In this document: positions 24,676 to 33,385 of the stretch, piece by piece | Numbering within the stretch: position 1 is the first letter of the stretch | How the letters are laid out: each line of letters starts with the position of its first letter | Source: an uncultured Candidatus Saccharibacteria bacterium | GTDB taxonomy: Bacteria; Patescibacteriota; Doudnabacteria; UBA920; O2-02-FULL-48-8 | DNA length: 43,576 nucleotides | Direction of reading: 5' to 3' | Assembly: GCA_964405805.1 (NCBI GenBank) | Contig: CAYOPE010000004.1 | Coordinates: 1 to 43,576 of the forward strand | Notes under the pieces: model-generated | Seen by the model: only the letters and a program-made list of their open reading frames with translations | What the model was told of the DNA's origin: nothing | The model's database searches: none | Translations under genes and position numbers: made by a program

Positions 24676-25807
24676 TCTCATCAATCAACTTAAGAAAAAT
24701 TACCAGATCGTGGTTATCACGGTGGCTTTGATCTTCGCGGCAGTACTTGTTTTTTACTCTAAGCCTCATCAGTCGAAGCAGAGCACAAATTCTGAACCTG
24801 CTCAAGAAATTACGCAGATAAAAAATACATCCAACCTTTTAGATCAAGTTAAACTTTACAAACAATTGATTGATCGTGTGGGAGCAGCACAAGCTCAAGA
24901 AGATTTGCTACGTTCCGGATTGCCATTTACAGGACAGACTCATTTACTCAATCACACAGTAGGCGAATATTTGTATAAAACTAAAGGGGTGTCGGGTTTG
25001 TCAGAATGCAAAGAATATTTTTTGGCTTCCTGCTATCACGGATTTATTTTGGACGCCATCGCTGATGGTGGAATTCCGCAGGTCGTGAAAGTCATGCAAG
25101 CGTGTAAGCCGCAGGGAGCGGCAGTTTATCCGCAGTGCGCGCATGCAGTGGGCCATGGATTTTTAACCTACATTGATTATAAAAATATCCCGCAGGCGCT
25201 CGGCATGTGTGAGCAGATGCAGCAGCAAATTTCAGATTTTCCTCTGTTTAACTGTGAGGACGGGGTGTTTATGGAAAACATCTGGGGAGTGCATGATGGC
25301 GAGCCTTCGCCAAACCGCTGGGTAAAGGATTCCGATCATTTTTATCCTTGTGATGACAAGCGAATTGAATCCAAATATTTACTGGCCTGCTGGTCCAACC
25401 AGCCGTCACTCGCTTATCAGCAATTTCATGGGGATATAGCTGCGGTCGGAAAACTTTGCGCTACAGTCACCCCAGCAAATTTAGAAGAAATGTGCTTTAA
25501 TGGTTTGTCGCGACAAATTCATCCGATTGCCGCAGGAGATATCGACAAAACTTTTGAACTTTGTGGTCTTCTCGATGGCAAATGGAAAAATTATTGCATT
25601 GTGATTAATGATCAGGCATCGTTTGCCGTGGGGGATCGATCATTGCCGTTTGCGATTTGTAGTCGGATCGATGCGTCTGATAAAGACCGATGCTTCCAAG
25701 GCTTAATCGGAATGATTAGTGTCTATGCTAAAAGCTCAGATGACCGTACTCAGCTGTGTGCTCAGATTGCAGATGAGACTTGGCGCCAAAGATGTTTAGG
25801 CCGATAA
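24668..25807 (+). CDS. Membrane-anchored Cys-pair repeat protein, paralog 3
   Basis: Same architecture: NHTVGEYLY, CYHGF, CAHAVGHGFLTY, CEDGVFMEN. Confidence 0.75.
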   Translation: MTNLINQLKKNYQIVVITVALIFAAVLVFYSKPHQSKQSTNSEPAQEITQIKNTSNLLDQVKLYKQLIDRVGAAQAQEDLLRSGLPFTGQTHLLNHTVGEYLYKTKGVSGLSECKEYFLASCYHGFILDAIADGGIPQVVKVMQACKPQGAAVYPQCAHAVGHGFLTYIDYKNIPQALGMCEQMQQQISDFPLFNCEDGVFMENIWGVHDGEPSPNRWVKDSDHFYPCDDKRIESKYLLACWSNQPSLAYQQFHGDIAAVGKLCATVTPANLEEMCFNGLSRQIHPIAAGDIDKTFELCGLLDGKWKNYCIVINDQASFAVGDRSLPFAICSRIDASDKDRCFQGLIGMISVYAKSSDDRTQLCAQIADETWRQRCLGR

Positions 25808-25810
25808 ACT

Positions 25811-25840
25811 AAAAACCCAAGGATTATTCCTTGGGTTTTT
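25811..25840. terminator. Bidirectional terminator between convergent genes
   Basis: AAAAACCCAAGGA-TTATT-CCTTGGGTTTTT. Confidence 0.85.
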
Positions 25841-25854
25841 CTATAACCTCAAAC

Positions 25855-26346
25855 CTATCTCGTTCCCTGCTTTTCTAAGAGGATGATTGACCAGACTTTG
25901 TTTATGCCATCGCCTTTCATATCACCAACTTTGGTATCTTCTTTATAGTGATAAAGCGGAGTCGTACCATAGGAATACTGATAAGTTCCATCTTTTCTCT
26001 TAATCACGTTTAATCGTTTATACAGATCTCCGGTTAAAGTCTTCAAATCTTTATTGTCATACATAAATGGTGGCCAGTTTTGAGCGCAAGCGTCATAGCA
26101 GCTCGATTGGCCGTTTTTGTCATTGGCTGTAACGTATAGCGTCATACACTTGGAGTCAGTGAGGTAATTTCCAAGCTTCGAAGAAGCTGTCATGATAACT
26201 TCTTTAGTCGCCGAATTTGCACATGGGCTCGCTGTTTGATTATTATTTGTTACTTGAGGGGCAGAACTAGGATGACTGTTTAAAACTAGTATCACTGCGA
26301 TTACTACAGCTATCACCACGATTCCAATAGTGAGATTTTTATTCAT
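25855..26346 (-). CDS. Secreted-repeat protein of the Yx(FWY)xxD-motif lipoprotein family (COG4315-like)
   Basis: N-terminal TM/signal sequence. CYDACAQNWPPF and TPLYHYKEDTKVGDMKGDG match the family signature as I recall it. Confidence 0.75.
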   Translation of the reverse strand: MNKNLTIGIVVIAVVIAVILVLNSHPSSAPQVTNNNQTASPCANSATKEVIMTASSKLGNYLTDSKCMTLYVTANDKNGQSSCYDACAQNWPPFMYDNKDLKTLTGDLYKRLNVIKRKDGTYQYSYGTTPLYHYKEDTKVGDMKGDGINKVWSIILLEKQGTR

Positions 26347-26408
26347 TTTAGTGTTCGTTTCATTTTAAGTTAATTTCCTTTTTTAGATTATACTACATGC
26401 TTCAACTA

Positions 26409-26437
26409 TTGACAAATTGGCTTAAAAGGAGTACAAT
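26409..26437 (+). promoter_or_regulatory. Sigma70 promoter TTGACA-17-TACAAT of cassette F
   Basis: Hexamers read directly. Shares the 13-mer AACTATTGACAAA with the promoter at 30681. Confidence 0.6.
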
Positions 26438-26502
26438 TATACGCTACAGTAAAGGCAAGTACCGGGCAATCACGCCCAAAAAAATCGATGGAGGACACGC
26501 AG

Positions 26503-27558
26503 ATGCGCACGCATGAAATCGTGGCTAGTTTCGCATGCGTTGTCCTCTCGGGCAGCGCTTGCGGCGGCTCGTCCACACCGACCCCGCCGACGCAGCAGCC
26601 CACTCTGAGTATTCGTTCCTCAAACCAGCTGTACTTCGCTGGCGAGAGCTATCGGCTGAACGCGATGTTCCAGCAACCTGGACAAACTGCCCAGGACGTC
26701 ACCGTCCAAGCGACGTGGTCATCATCAGACCCGTCGGTGGCCACAGTCAACGCTGGCATAGTGAATGTCCTGGTGGACGGCAAGACCGCGGACATCACTG
26801 TCAAGTACCAAGACGTCACGTCGAAGGTGACTGTCTCGACCGGCTGGTTTCTGATCAAGGCCGACCCAGGAGTGTCTGCTACTGATCAAGACATCGTCCG
26901 TGATGGGGCAAACGTGGCGATTGACTACTACGCCTCAAAGTTGGGCTGGGTTCCTGAAAAGCAGATTACGATCACGCTGACGACAGCAAGTGGTAGTACT
27001 ACGGCCACTTCTGCTCCTTCAGCGCTGACCGTCTTCGTTACTGGTTCGGAGTGGCTGGTAACTGCAGCTGAGCTCAAGCGGAAGATCATAGGACATGAGC
27101 TCTTTCACGTGTTGCAGTACACCATCGCCTGGCTTGGCAATCACACGATACTTGACGACTGGCTCGTGGAGGGCAGCGCTGAGTACATGGGCTACCGAGC
27201 TGAAGTGATTGATCGCGGGATACAGGGAGCAGATCAGACCCGCGGTTGCCATCAGTTCTCGGTGGACAATTCGTCGACCCTGGTCACGCTGCCGTTGTCG
27301 AAGCTGGAAAACCAAGGCGACTTCCAGGCTGCTGCACACGCGAGCCCAGCCTATAGCCTGGCGTACCTCGCGGCTGAGCGAGCAGCCCAAGACAGAGGTC
27401 TTGGCTCGTTTATCGACTACGGTCGGTCGGCTGCCACGGCATCGCTCGCTGTCTCGTTTCAGAATGGGTTCGGCAAGCCGCTGAGCCAGTTCTACGACGA
27501 GTTCGAGACTTACCGGCGAACATGGGTTCATTCGCCGAACTATACCTGCCTGCACTGA
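26503..27558 (+). CDS. GC-rich cassette F: exported Ig-like (Big_2-type) plus HExxH zinc metalloprotease
   Basis: SD GGAGGA. Lipoprotein-like signal VVLSGSAC. Ig-like segment SSDPSVATVNAGIVNVLVDGKTADITVKY. Zinc site IIGHELFHVLQ plus EGSAEY. Confidence 0.75.
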   Translation: MRTHEIVASFACVVLSGSACGGSSTPTPPTQQPTLSIRSSNQLYFAGESYRLNAMFQQPGQTAQDVTVQATWSSSDPSVATVNAGIVNVLVDGKTADITVKYQDVTSKVTVSTGWFLIKADPGVSATDQDIVRDGANVAIDYYASKLGWVPEKQITITLTTASGSTTATSAPSALTVFVTGSEWLVTAAELKRKIIGHELFHVLQYTIAWLGNHTILDDWLVEGSAEYMGYRAEVIDRGIQGADQTRGCHQFSVDNSSTLVTLPLSKLENQGDFQAAAHASPAYSLAYLAAERAAQDRGLGSFIDYGRSAATASLAVSFQNGFGKPLSQFYDEFETYRRTWVHSPNYTCLH

Positions 27559-27582
27559 GAGGTAGGGTCTGCACGTTTCTCT

Positions 27583-27625
27583 GGGCGCGATGACTGGGAT
27601 TCCCGTCGTCGCGCTCTTTGTTTTT
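27583..27625 (+). terminator. 12-bp stem hairpin plus TTTGTTTTT
   Basis: GGGCGCGATGAC...GTCGTCGCGCTC. Confidence 0.7.
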
Positions 27626-27664
27626 ATCAGAAAAAATGTTATAATAATGCTATAAATTGCTCGA

Positions 27665-28225
27665 ATGCGAAACGAAAATCAAAAGTTTATCATCATAATT
27701 ATCGTAAGTTTATTTTTAGTTATAGGAGTTGTAGCTTCGGTTTACTATTTCTCAGATAAAAATATTCCCCAACCAGAGCAGGAAAACGCTAAGCTAGTTT
27801 CTAAAGCTCCCACTGCCAATCCTAAACCTGATAATTTATCTGAGACTACAGCCAAGCTTTATGTTGCTAATAGCATTACGGTTCCTCCAAAAATAGTTGA
27901 TGCGAAAACAATTGAGAAATCAGTTCTACCGATTGATCTCATAAATCTTATTCCTGCGGATGCTTATTATACGAAGGTAGAAAGTATAAAATTTGCAGAT
28001 AATAAACTAGGATTTAAAATCCTATACCAAATGCCTAGTCTGATTTATCTCAATCAAACTTTTTATGCAGCATTTAGTACGAAAGGTTGGAAAATAGTCA
28101 AAGCCGCTCATACTAGTATAGTCGGTTTGATGTTTATGCAAAAAGATAAATTCGATACTTGGGTCGAAGAATCAGTGGTCGACGAAAAAAATATCAATGT
28201 CATTCTTACGATTGTTTCGAAATAA
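27665..28225 (+). CDS. TM-anchored accessory protein, family P, paralog 1
   Basis: N-terminal TM. The shared block LPxDLxxLI...x-Y-x-x-G-[FY]-x-[IV] also occurs in 28886-29386 and 31600-32151. Confidence 0.7.
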   Translation: MRNENQKFIIIIIVSLFLVIGVVASVYYFSDKNIPQPEQENAKLVSKAPTANPKPDNLSETTAKLYVANSITVPPKIVDAKTIEKSVLPIDLINLIPADAYYTKVESIKFADNKLGFKILYQMPSLIYLNQTFYAAFSTKGWKIVKAAHTSIVGLMFMQKDKFDTWVEESVVDEKNINVILTIVSK

Positions 28226-28889
28226 TTTAAATATTATCAGTTTAGTTATCAGCGTCATAGCTTTGGGTTTAGTTTTGTATCAGTATCAATCAATTCAGCA
28301 CAGCAAACCGGTTGTGGCAAAATCAGAAGCTTTTGACGCAGAAGGAATCGTACAAAAAATAAATCCGCAGGCTCCGATCATGGGGGACGAAACAGCACCA
28401 GTGACTGTGGTCGAGCTAGGGGATTTTCAGTGCCAATTTTGTAAAATGTTTTATGATCGATCTTTTAAAAATTTAATTGAAAAATATTCAGCAGAAGGAA
28501 AAATTAAGTTTGTGTTTGTGGATTATCCGTTTTTAGGCGAAGAATCGAAGCTTGCTGCTGAAGGGGGGATGTGCGCACAAGACCAAAATCAATTTTGGTC
28601 ATACTATAAATATTTATACGAGCATCAAGGACTGAAAAATCAGGGTAATTTTCGAACCAGTCAATTGATGAAATTTGGTTCTAAACTCCCTCTTAACCAA
28701 GATAAATTTTCTGATTGCTTAAAAAAACATATTCACGCGCAAGATGTCGGAAAGATTGTCAATGTAGAAACTAGCTTGGCGATTGGCGGTACTCCCACTT
28801 TTTATATCAATAAAGATAAGTACCGAGGAGCAAAAAGTTTGGCTTACTATAAAGATATCATTGATAAGCTACTGACTTTACATAAATGA
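28197..28889 (+). CDS. Second membrane-anchored DsbA-like oxidoreductase
   Basis: TM anchor and active site FQCQFCKMF. Paralog of 21826-22539. Confidence 0.85.
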   Translation: MSFLRLFRNNLNIISLVISVIALGLVLYQYQSIQHSKPVVAKSEAFDAEGIVQKINPQAPIMGDETAPVTVVELGDFQCQFCKMFYDRSFKNLIEKYSAEGKIKFVFVDYPFLGEESKLAAEGGMCAQDQNQFWSYYKYLYEHQGLKNQGNFRTSQLMKFGSKLPLNQDKFSDCLKKHIHAQDVGKIVNVETSLAIGGTPTFYINKDKYRGAKSLAYYKDIIDKLLTLHK

Positions 28890-29386
28890 AGATTCAGAAT
28901 AAAATAACTCTAACAATACTTTTCATTGCAGTTATTTTTTTAGTGTTTTCTTTTGACCAAAAATCTCAAAATTCTAGAAATCAGCAAGTTAAAGGATCGC
29001 AGTATTCCATCCTCCAGTCAGAAAAAATAAAAATTCCGGAAGCCGAAACAACTACCAAAAGTGCTCTTCCCAAAGACCTTGAGTCGCTAATATTTTCAAA
29101 CCCTCAGAATCTCTCAATAAACCATATCAACTATCAAAATGGATTGACTGGATATCGGGTAAGTATGAATTTAGATTTTCCATTATACTCAGCTTTTAAT
29201 GCTTACTCGAAAATGTATTTTGATGAAAGACATTGGAAAAAAATTAATGCTTTGTTTTCCCCGGATACTGAAAAAATGGGATTCATAGAAATGGAAAATA
29301 AAAATTATCAAGTACAGGTCGAATTGCACCGACTCGACACAGACAATACTGGAATTTTAATTAAGATTATACAGCCACAGTTATGA
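28886..29386 (+). CDS. TM-anchored accessory protein, family P, paralog 2
   Basis: SALPKDLESLIF...INYQNGLTGYRVSM. ATGA overlaps the downstream adhesin gene. Confidence 0.7.
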   Translation: MKIQNKITLTILFIAVIFLVFSFDQKSQNSRNQQVKGSQYSILQSEKIKIPEAETTTKSALPKDLESLIFSNPQNLSINHINYQNGLTGYRVSMNLDFPLYSAFNAYSKMYFDERHWKKINALFSPDTEKMGFIEMENKNYQVQVELHRLDTDNTGILIKIIQPQL

Positions 29387-30672
29387 AAAGCCTTCTTTTG
29401 ATCTTACTAGTGATAACCTTCTGTATATTTTTGCCAGGTATAAACAAGCTCCATGCTGATTACTGTGGTGAACACTTGACTTGTGGGCACAACCTTGATA
29501 TTGATTATTGTGTTGATAATGGACCAACCTGGTGTCCTGGCGGTTGCGTGCCTGCCGGCTCAGTGAGCTGTGATGCCTATGGCCAGTCAGAATTTTGTGG
29601 AGATATTTTTAACTGCAGCAATTATAATATTGAATACTTTTATGAATATGAATACCAATATCCCTATCAATACGAGTATCAGTATGAATACCAGTACCAG
29701 TATCAATACCCTTACCAATATCAGTACCAGTACCCGTATCAATATGAATACCAATACCCAACCCCATATTCTTATCAGTACCAGTATGAATACCAGTATC
29801 AGTACCAATATCAGTATCAGTACCAGACCCCGTATTCTTACCAGTATCAATACCAATACCAATACCAGTATCAGTATCAGTACCAGACCCCAATTATTCC
29901 ACCAACTGCTCCTACACTTAATGCAGTAGACAACACCACTTGCGCTCAGCTTCACCTGACGTGGGTAGATAATTCTTCAAATGAAGACGGCTTTACAGTT
30001 TGGCGCTCCACGACTTCTGGTTCAGGTTTCAGCAATATTTCTGGTAATCTTCCGGCCAATACTACGACTTATACAGACACACCCCCTTCCACTGGTGTTA
30101 CGTATTTTTATATCGTTAAAGCGTTTATAAATTATCCTCCGTTGTCAGAGTCTTCTTCCAACGAGCAGAGTGCCATGAACCTAGCTTGTAGCGCTTCTAT
30201 GGCAAATACCAATATCGTCGCGCTGAAAGTTAACGGTGTTAATTTTACAACCACCACCACTGTGAAGAATGGTGACACCGTCACCTACCAAATCACCCTA
30301 GTCAACTCAGGTCCTTCCAATGCTACCATCAACTACATCTGTGACTTCCCATCATCAAACCTGACAAACTTAAGAAACCTCACTGTCTCAGGCCCTGGTT
30401 CTAGCAATGGGGGAATCACAGCTAACTCACCAACCTGTAACAATTCCTACAAATTCAATGTCTCCGGCAACAAGAATCTAGCCAACAACTGGGTTATTAC
30501 CTTTGATGGTACTGTCTCAACTGCTATCACAGACATCCAGGAAGTCATGAAAGACAGCATCAGAATCAACTTCTCTGATCCTACCAACAAAGACTGGTCT
30601 GGCTCTGCCCCGAACATCCTTATTAACTCTACCAAAGGCAAGACCCCCAACTTCAGAGAGGTCAGTCCATGA
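29383..30672 (+). CDS. Exported adhesin-like protein 1: signal peptide, 10-Cys knot, (Y-x)n tract, FN3, DUF11-like beta-sandwich
   Basis: About 84 residues have Tyr at every second position. FN3 signature LTWVDNSSNEDGFTVWRS...YFYIVKAF. GDTVTYQITLVNSGPSNAT is typical of DUF11-type repeats. Confidence 0.85.
   Translation: MKSLLLILLVITFCIFLPGINKLHADYCGEHLTCGHNLDIDYCVDNGPTWCPGGCVPAGSVSCDAYGQSEFCGDIFNCSNYNIEYFYEYEYQYPYQYEYQYEYQYQYQYPYQYQYQYPYQYEYQYPTPYSYQYQYEYQYQYQYQYQYQTPYSYQYQYQYQYQYQYQYQTPIIPPTAPTLNAVDNTTCAQLHLTWVDNSSNEDGFTVWRSTTSGSGFSNISGNLPANTTTYTDTPPSTGVTYFYIVKAFINYPPLSESSSNEQSAMNLACSASMANTNIVALKVNGVNFTTTTTVKNGDTVTYQITLVNSGPSNATINYICDFPSSNLTNLRNLTVSGPGSSNGGITANSPTCNNSYKFNVSGNKNLANNWVITFDGTVSTAITDIQEVMKDSIRINFSDPTNKDWSGSAPNILINSTKGKTPNFREVSP
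29623..29874 (+). repeat. Degenerate hexanucleotide (TAY-CAR/GAR/CCN) tandem array encoding (YQ/YE/YP)n
   Basis: Codon usage varies between units (TAT/TAC, CAA/CAG), so the repeat is conserved at the protein level rather than being a simple slippage array. Confidence 0.9.
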
Positions 30673-30673
30673 A
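30274..30673 (+). repeat. 400-bp perfect direct repeat, copy 1 (adhesin 3' end)
   Basis: Identical to 32987-33386 by direct reading. Includes the stop and the first nucleotides of a pilin start (ATGAA). Confidence 0.9.
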
Positions 30674-30680
30674 GTAACTA

Positions 30681-30709
30681 TTGACAAAAATTCTTTTTTG
30701 AAGTAAAAT
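30681..30709 (+). promoter_or_regulatory. Sigma70 promoter TTGACA-17-TAAAAT of cassette G
   Basis: Read directly. Inverted repeat ATTCCTA...TAGGAAT (30708-30734) overlaps the -10 and +1 positions. Confidence 0.6.
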
Positions 30710-30758
30710 TCCTAGTTACAATGTAGTTAGGAATTTTGGCTTTTCAAGGAGGAATGCC

Positions 30759-31478
30759 ATGAAGTACATCGCGACGATCGCAGTTGCGTTGTTTCTGGCT
30801 ACCTCCGCGGTGGCCAAAGACAAAGCGCCGACGTATAGTGAAGACGAAATCGCCAAGTACGAAGCAGCGGTTGATGTTGCGGCGATTCGGATTTCACAGG
30901 GAACGGATACTCTGGCAGCGGCGAAGCGAGCCGACGTAGAGGCTGTTGCCGAGAAGTATCGACGCGGTTTCCACCTCGTCGAAGAGACCAACCCGCTTTA
31001 CCGACTGGTCTCAGAGCAGTATGGAAAGCTCGCCGGTTCTCGTCGAGTGCGACTGCATTTGTTTCGCGGTCCGAGCTTGCCTGGAGTCGCGATCGGGGAT
31101 GACGTCTATCTCCACTACGACTCCATACACAAGCTGGCGACCTTCGCTGGCGGTCCGAACCTGATTTTGGCAACTCTGGCTCATGAACTGGGCCATGGGT
31201 CTGCTGACTTTACGCGACTGCTCGTCATTGACGGGCTTGCTCTACCAGCGGACCTGAAAGAAAGTCTGCGGCTGCGACTCGAGATGCGAGCTGACGAGGA
31301 AGCAGCGCGGCTGATGCAGGTATCGAACTTGTCGACTGACGGACTGACACAGAACCTTCGGGCTCTGGACTCAGGCACTGACAACGACGAGGACGGCCGG
31401 CTCAAGCAGCGCATTGCAAACCTCGAGATGTTTGCCAAGATGCCGCGCGTCGCTTCTGGCACACAATACCAACGCTAG
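30759..31478 (+). CDS. GC-rich cassette G: secreted HExxH zinc metalloprotease (M48-like)
   Basis: SD AAGGAGG. Signal peptide MKYIATIAVALFLATSAVA. Zinc site LAHELGHG with downstream EMRADEEA. Confidence 0.75.
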   Translation: MKYIATIAVALFLATSAVAKDKAPTYSEDEIAKYEAAVDVAAIRISQGTDTLAAAKRADVEAVAEKYRRGFHLVEETNPLYRLVSEQYGKLAGSRRVRLHLFRGPSLPGVAIGDDVYLHYDSIHKLATFAGGPNLILATLAHELGHGSADFTRLLVIDGLALPADLKESLRLRLEMRADEEAARLMQVSNLSTDGLTQNLRALDSGTDNDEDGRLKQRIANLEMFAKMPRVASGTQYQR

Positions 31479-31498
31479 CGCACTGGCGTTGGTTCCGA

Positions 31499-31557
31499 GA
31501 CCCGAGAGACTGACAGCTCATTACTGTCTTCACTCGGGTCTTCGCTTTGTCTTTTTT
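31499..31557 (+). terminator. Long hairpin plus T-run
   Basis: GACCCGAG..GACAG-loop-CTGTC..CTCGGGTC followed by TTCGCTTTGTCTTTTTT. Confidence 0.7.
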
Positions 31558-31599
31558 ATAAAATATGGCATAATACAGATAGAATCTTACTTATTTTTC

Positions 31600-32151
31600 A
31601 TGGGAAATCAAAACAAATTTTACTATTTAACTGTGAGTTTAGTAGCTTTGGTTACTTTGCTGGTCATAGGCTTAGTGAGCTACTTTATGGTTTTTAGGAC
31701 TGACTCAAATTCAAAGATTCAGACAAAGCCTAGTGAAAAAACCAACCAAGCTTCAGTGCCTGCTGATTTCGAGAATTTGCTAAATAATTCTAAAATTTAT
31801 GTGCCAGAAGTTAAGCAGAGTCAGGACATAAAAATTTCAGACCTGCCTACTAATTTATCAACCTTGCTTTTAAAGGACGCTCAAACAAGTGTCATAAAAA
31901 AAGTGACATATAATGATTTGAGTCAAGGTTTTCTTATCATTTACACAGTTGGATCTACTGTTGCAAATAGTTTTCAAAGCTTATCTTATCTCGTAGAAAA
32001 ATTACCGTTTAATCCTTATAACGGAGCGGGCACCACGGACAAAGGTATTATCGAAGCCGGAGACAATGCGTATCATTATCAAATTTTACTAAAAGCCATG
32101 GCTGATAAGAGCGAAATTAAGATAACAGCCATCAAATACTTAAGTGACTAG
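31600..32151 (+). CDS. TM-anchored accessory protein, family P, paralog 3
   Basis: ATG 31600 follows promoter TGGCATAAT (31565). SDLPTNLSTLLL...VTYNDLSQGFLIIY. Confidence 0.7.
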   Translation: MGNQNKFYYLTVSLVALVTLLVIGLVSYFMVFRTDSNSKIQTKPSEKTNQASVPADFENLLNNSKIYVPEVKQSQDIKISDLPTNLSTLLLKDAQTSVIKKVTYNDLSQGFLIIYTVGSTVANSFQSLSYLVEKLPFNPYNGAGTTDKGIIEAGDNAYHYQILLKAMADKSEIKITAIKYLSD

Positions 32152-33385
32152 ACAAAAGATAAAAATAATTATATTTTTTCTGCTTACCTTAAGCCTCGGT
32201 TTGATTTTAGGTTTAGCCCAAAATAGCAATGCCCAGAGTTGTGCCGGCGGCACTGGTGGTGGCTGTGGTGGCTCTGATGCAGGCTCTTGTATCGGTTCAC
32301 CGCTGTCATGCATTGGCGCTGCTTGCCATGTGGAGTCCCAGCCTGTTAGTTGTTCTGGTAATGGTGATACTTGGCAGTGCCCAAACGATGTCTGCGTGTT
32401 TGATTATGAATATCCTTACCCATACCAGTATCCGTATCCTTATCAGTACGAGTATGAGTATCAATATCCTTATCCCTATCAATACGAGTACCAATACCAA
32501 TACCAGTATCAGTACCAATATCCGTACCAATACGAATACCAATATCAAACCCCGTACTCTTATCAGTATCAGTACCAATACCAATACCAGTATCAGTACG
32601 AGTATGAAACGCCACCTCCACCGCCGCCAAATGCTCCAACGCTGAATAGTGTCGGAAACGCTACTTGTGCCCAGCTGAACCTGAGTTGGACTGACAATTC
32701 GTCAGATGAAAAAGGTTTTACTGTTTGGCGCTCCACTACTTCTGGTTCTGGTTTTAGCCAGATTAATTCAGTCGGTCCAAACATCACAACTTTCGTGGAC
32801 ACGCCTCCGAGTGTGGACACGTCGTATTTCTATGTGGTCAAAGCGTTTAATGATTTTGGTGAAAGCGCTTCAAACGAACAAAGTGCACTTAATCGGAAGT
32901 GTGAAGCCTCCATGGCCAACACCAGAGTTAGATTGATTAAAGTTAATGGTGTGAATTTCTCATCAGTGGATACTATTAAAAATTCCGACACCGTCACCTA
33001 CCAAATCACCCTAGTCAACTCAGGTCCTTCCAATGCTACCATCAACTACATCTGTGACTTCCCATCATCAAACCTGACAAACTTAAGAAACCTCACTGTC
33101 TCAGGCCCTGGTTCTAGCAATGGGGGAATCACAGCTAACTCACCAACCTGTAACAATTCCTACAAATTCAATGTCTCCGGCAACAAGAATCTAGCCAACA
33201 ACTGGGTTATTACCTTTGATGGTACTGTCTCAACTGCTATCACAGACATCCAGGAAGTCATGAAAGACAGCATCAGAATCAACTTCTCTGATCCTACCAA
33301 CAAAGACTGGTCTGGCTCTGCCCCGAACATCCTTATTAACTCTACCAAAGGCAAGACCCCCAACTTCAGAGAGGTCAGTCCATGA
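32144..33385 (+). CDS. Exported adhesin-like protein 2 (GTG start), same architecture as 29383-30672
   Basis: Signal peptide, 10 Cys, a (Y-x)n tract of about 65 residues, poly-Pro, FN3, and a C-terminal domain that is nucleotide-identical to paralog 1. Confidence 0.85.
   Translation: MTRQKIKIIIFFLLTLSLGLILGLAQNSNAQSCAGGTGGGCGGSDAGSCIGSPLSCIGAACHVESQPVSCSGNGDTWQCPNDVCVFDYEYPYPYQYPYPYQYEYEYQYPYPYQYEYQYQYQYQYQYPYQYEYQYQTPYSYQYQYQYQYQYQYEYETPPPPPPNAPTLNSVGNATCAQLNLSWTDNSSDEKGFTVWRSTTSGSGFSQINSVGPNITTFVDTPPSVDTSYFYVVKAFNDFGESASNEQSALNRKCEASMANTRVRLIKVNGVNFSSVDTIKNSDTVTYQITLVNSGPSNATINYICDFPSSNLTNLRNLTVSGPGSSNGGITANSPTCNNSYKFNVSGNKNLANNWVITFDGTVSTAITDIQEVMKDSIRINFSDPTNKDWSGSAPNILINSTKGKTPNFREVSP
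32405..32599 (+). repeat. Hexanucleotide array encoding (YP/YQ/YE)n
   Basis: Same type of array as 29623-29874. Confidence 0.9.

Noticed and set aside
26535-27555. ORFs 26535-26885(+), 26649-26858(-), 27019-27555(-) and 27209-27484(+) inside cassette F
   Set aside because: These are alternative frames of a GC-rich gene. Only the 26503 frame shows recognisable domains (signal peptide, Ig-like domain, HExxH).
29570-29955. ORFs in other frames or on the other strand of the YQ arrays (29570-29929, 29587-29955, 29609-29893; also 32229-32645, 32306-32584, 32346-32639), and the idea that the periodic region is a CRISPR or simple microsatellite
   Set aside because: These are frame artefacts of a hexanucleotide-periodic coding repeat. 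There is no repeat-spacer organisation, and unit codons vary synonymously. No CRISPR array was seen anywhere in the window.
30799-31462. Minus-strand ORFs 30799-31173, 31011-31196 and 31181-31462, the + frame ORF 30946-31164, and the N-terminal extension of ORF 31414-32151
   Set aside because: These are antisense or alternative frames of GC-rich cassette G. The extension crosses a terminator and a promoter. ATG 31600 gives a normal TM-anchored paralog of P1 and P2.
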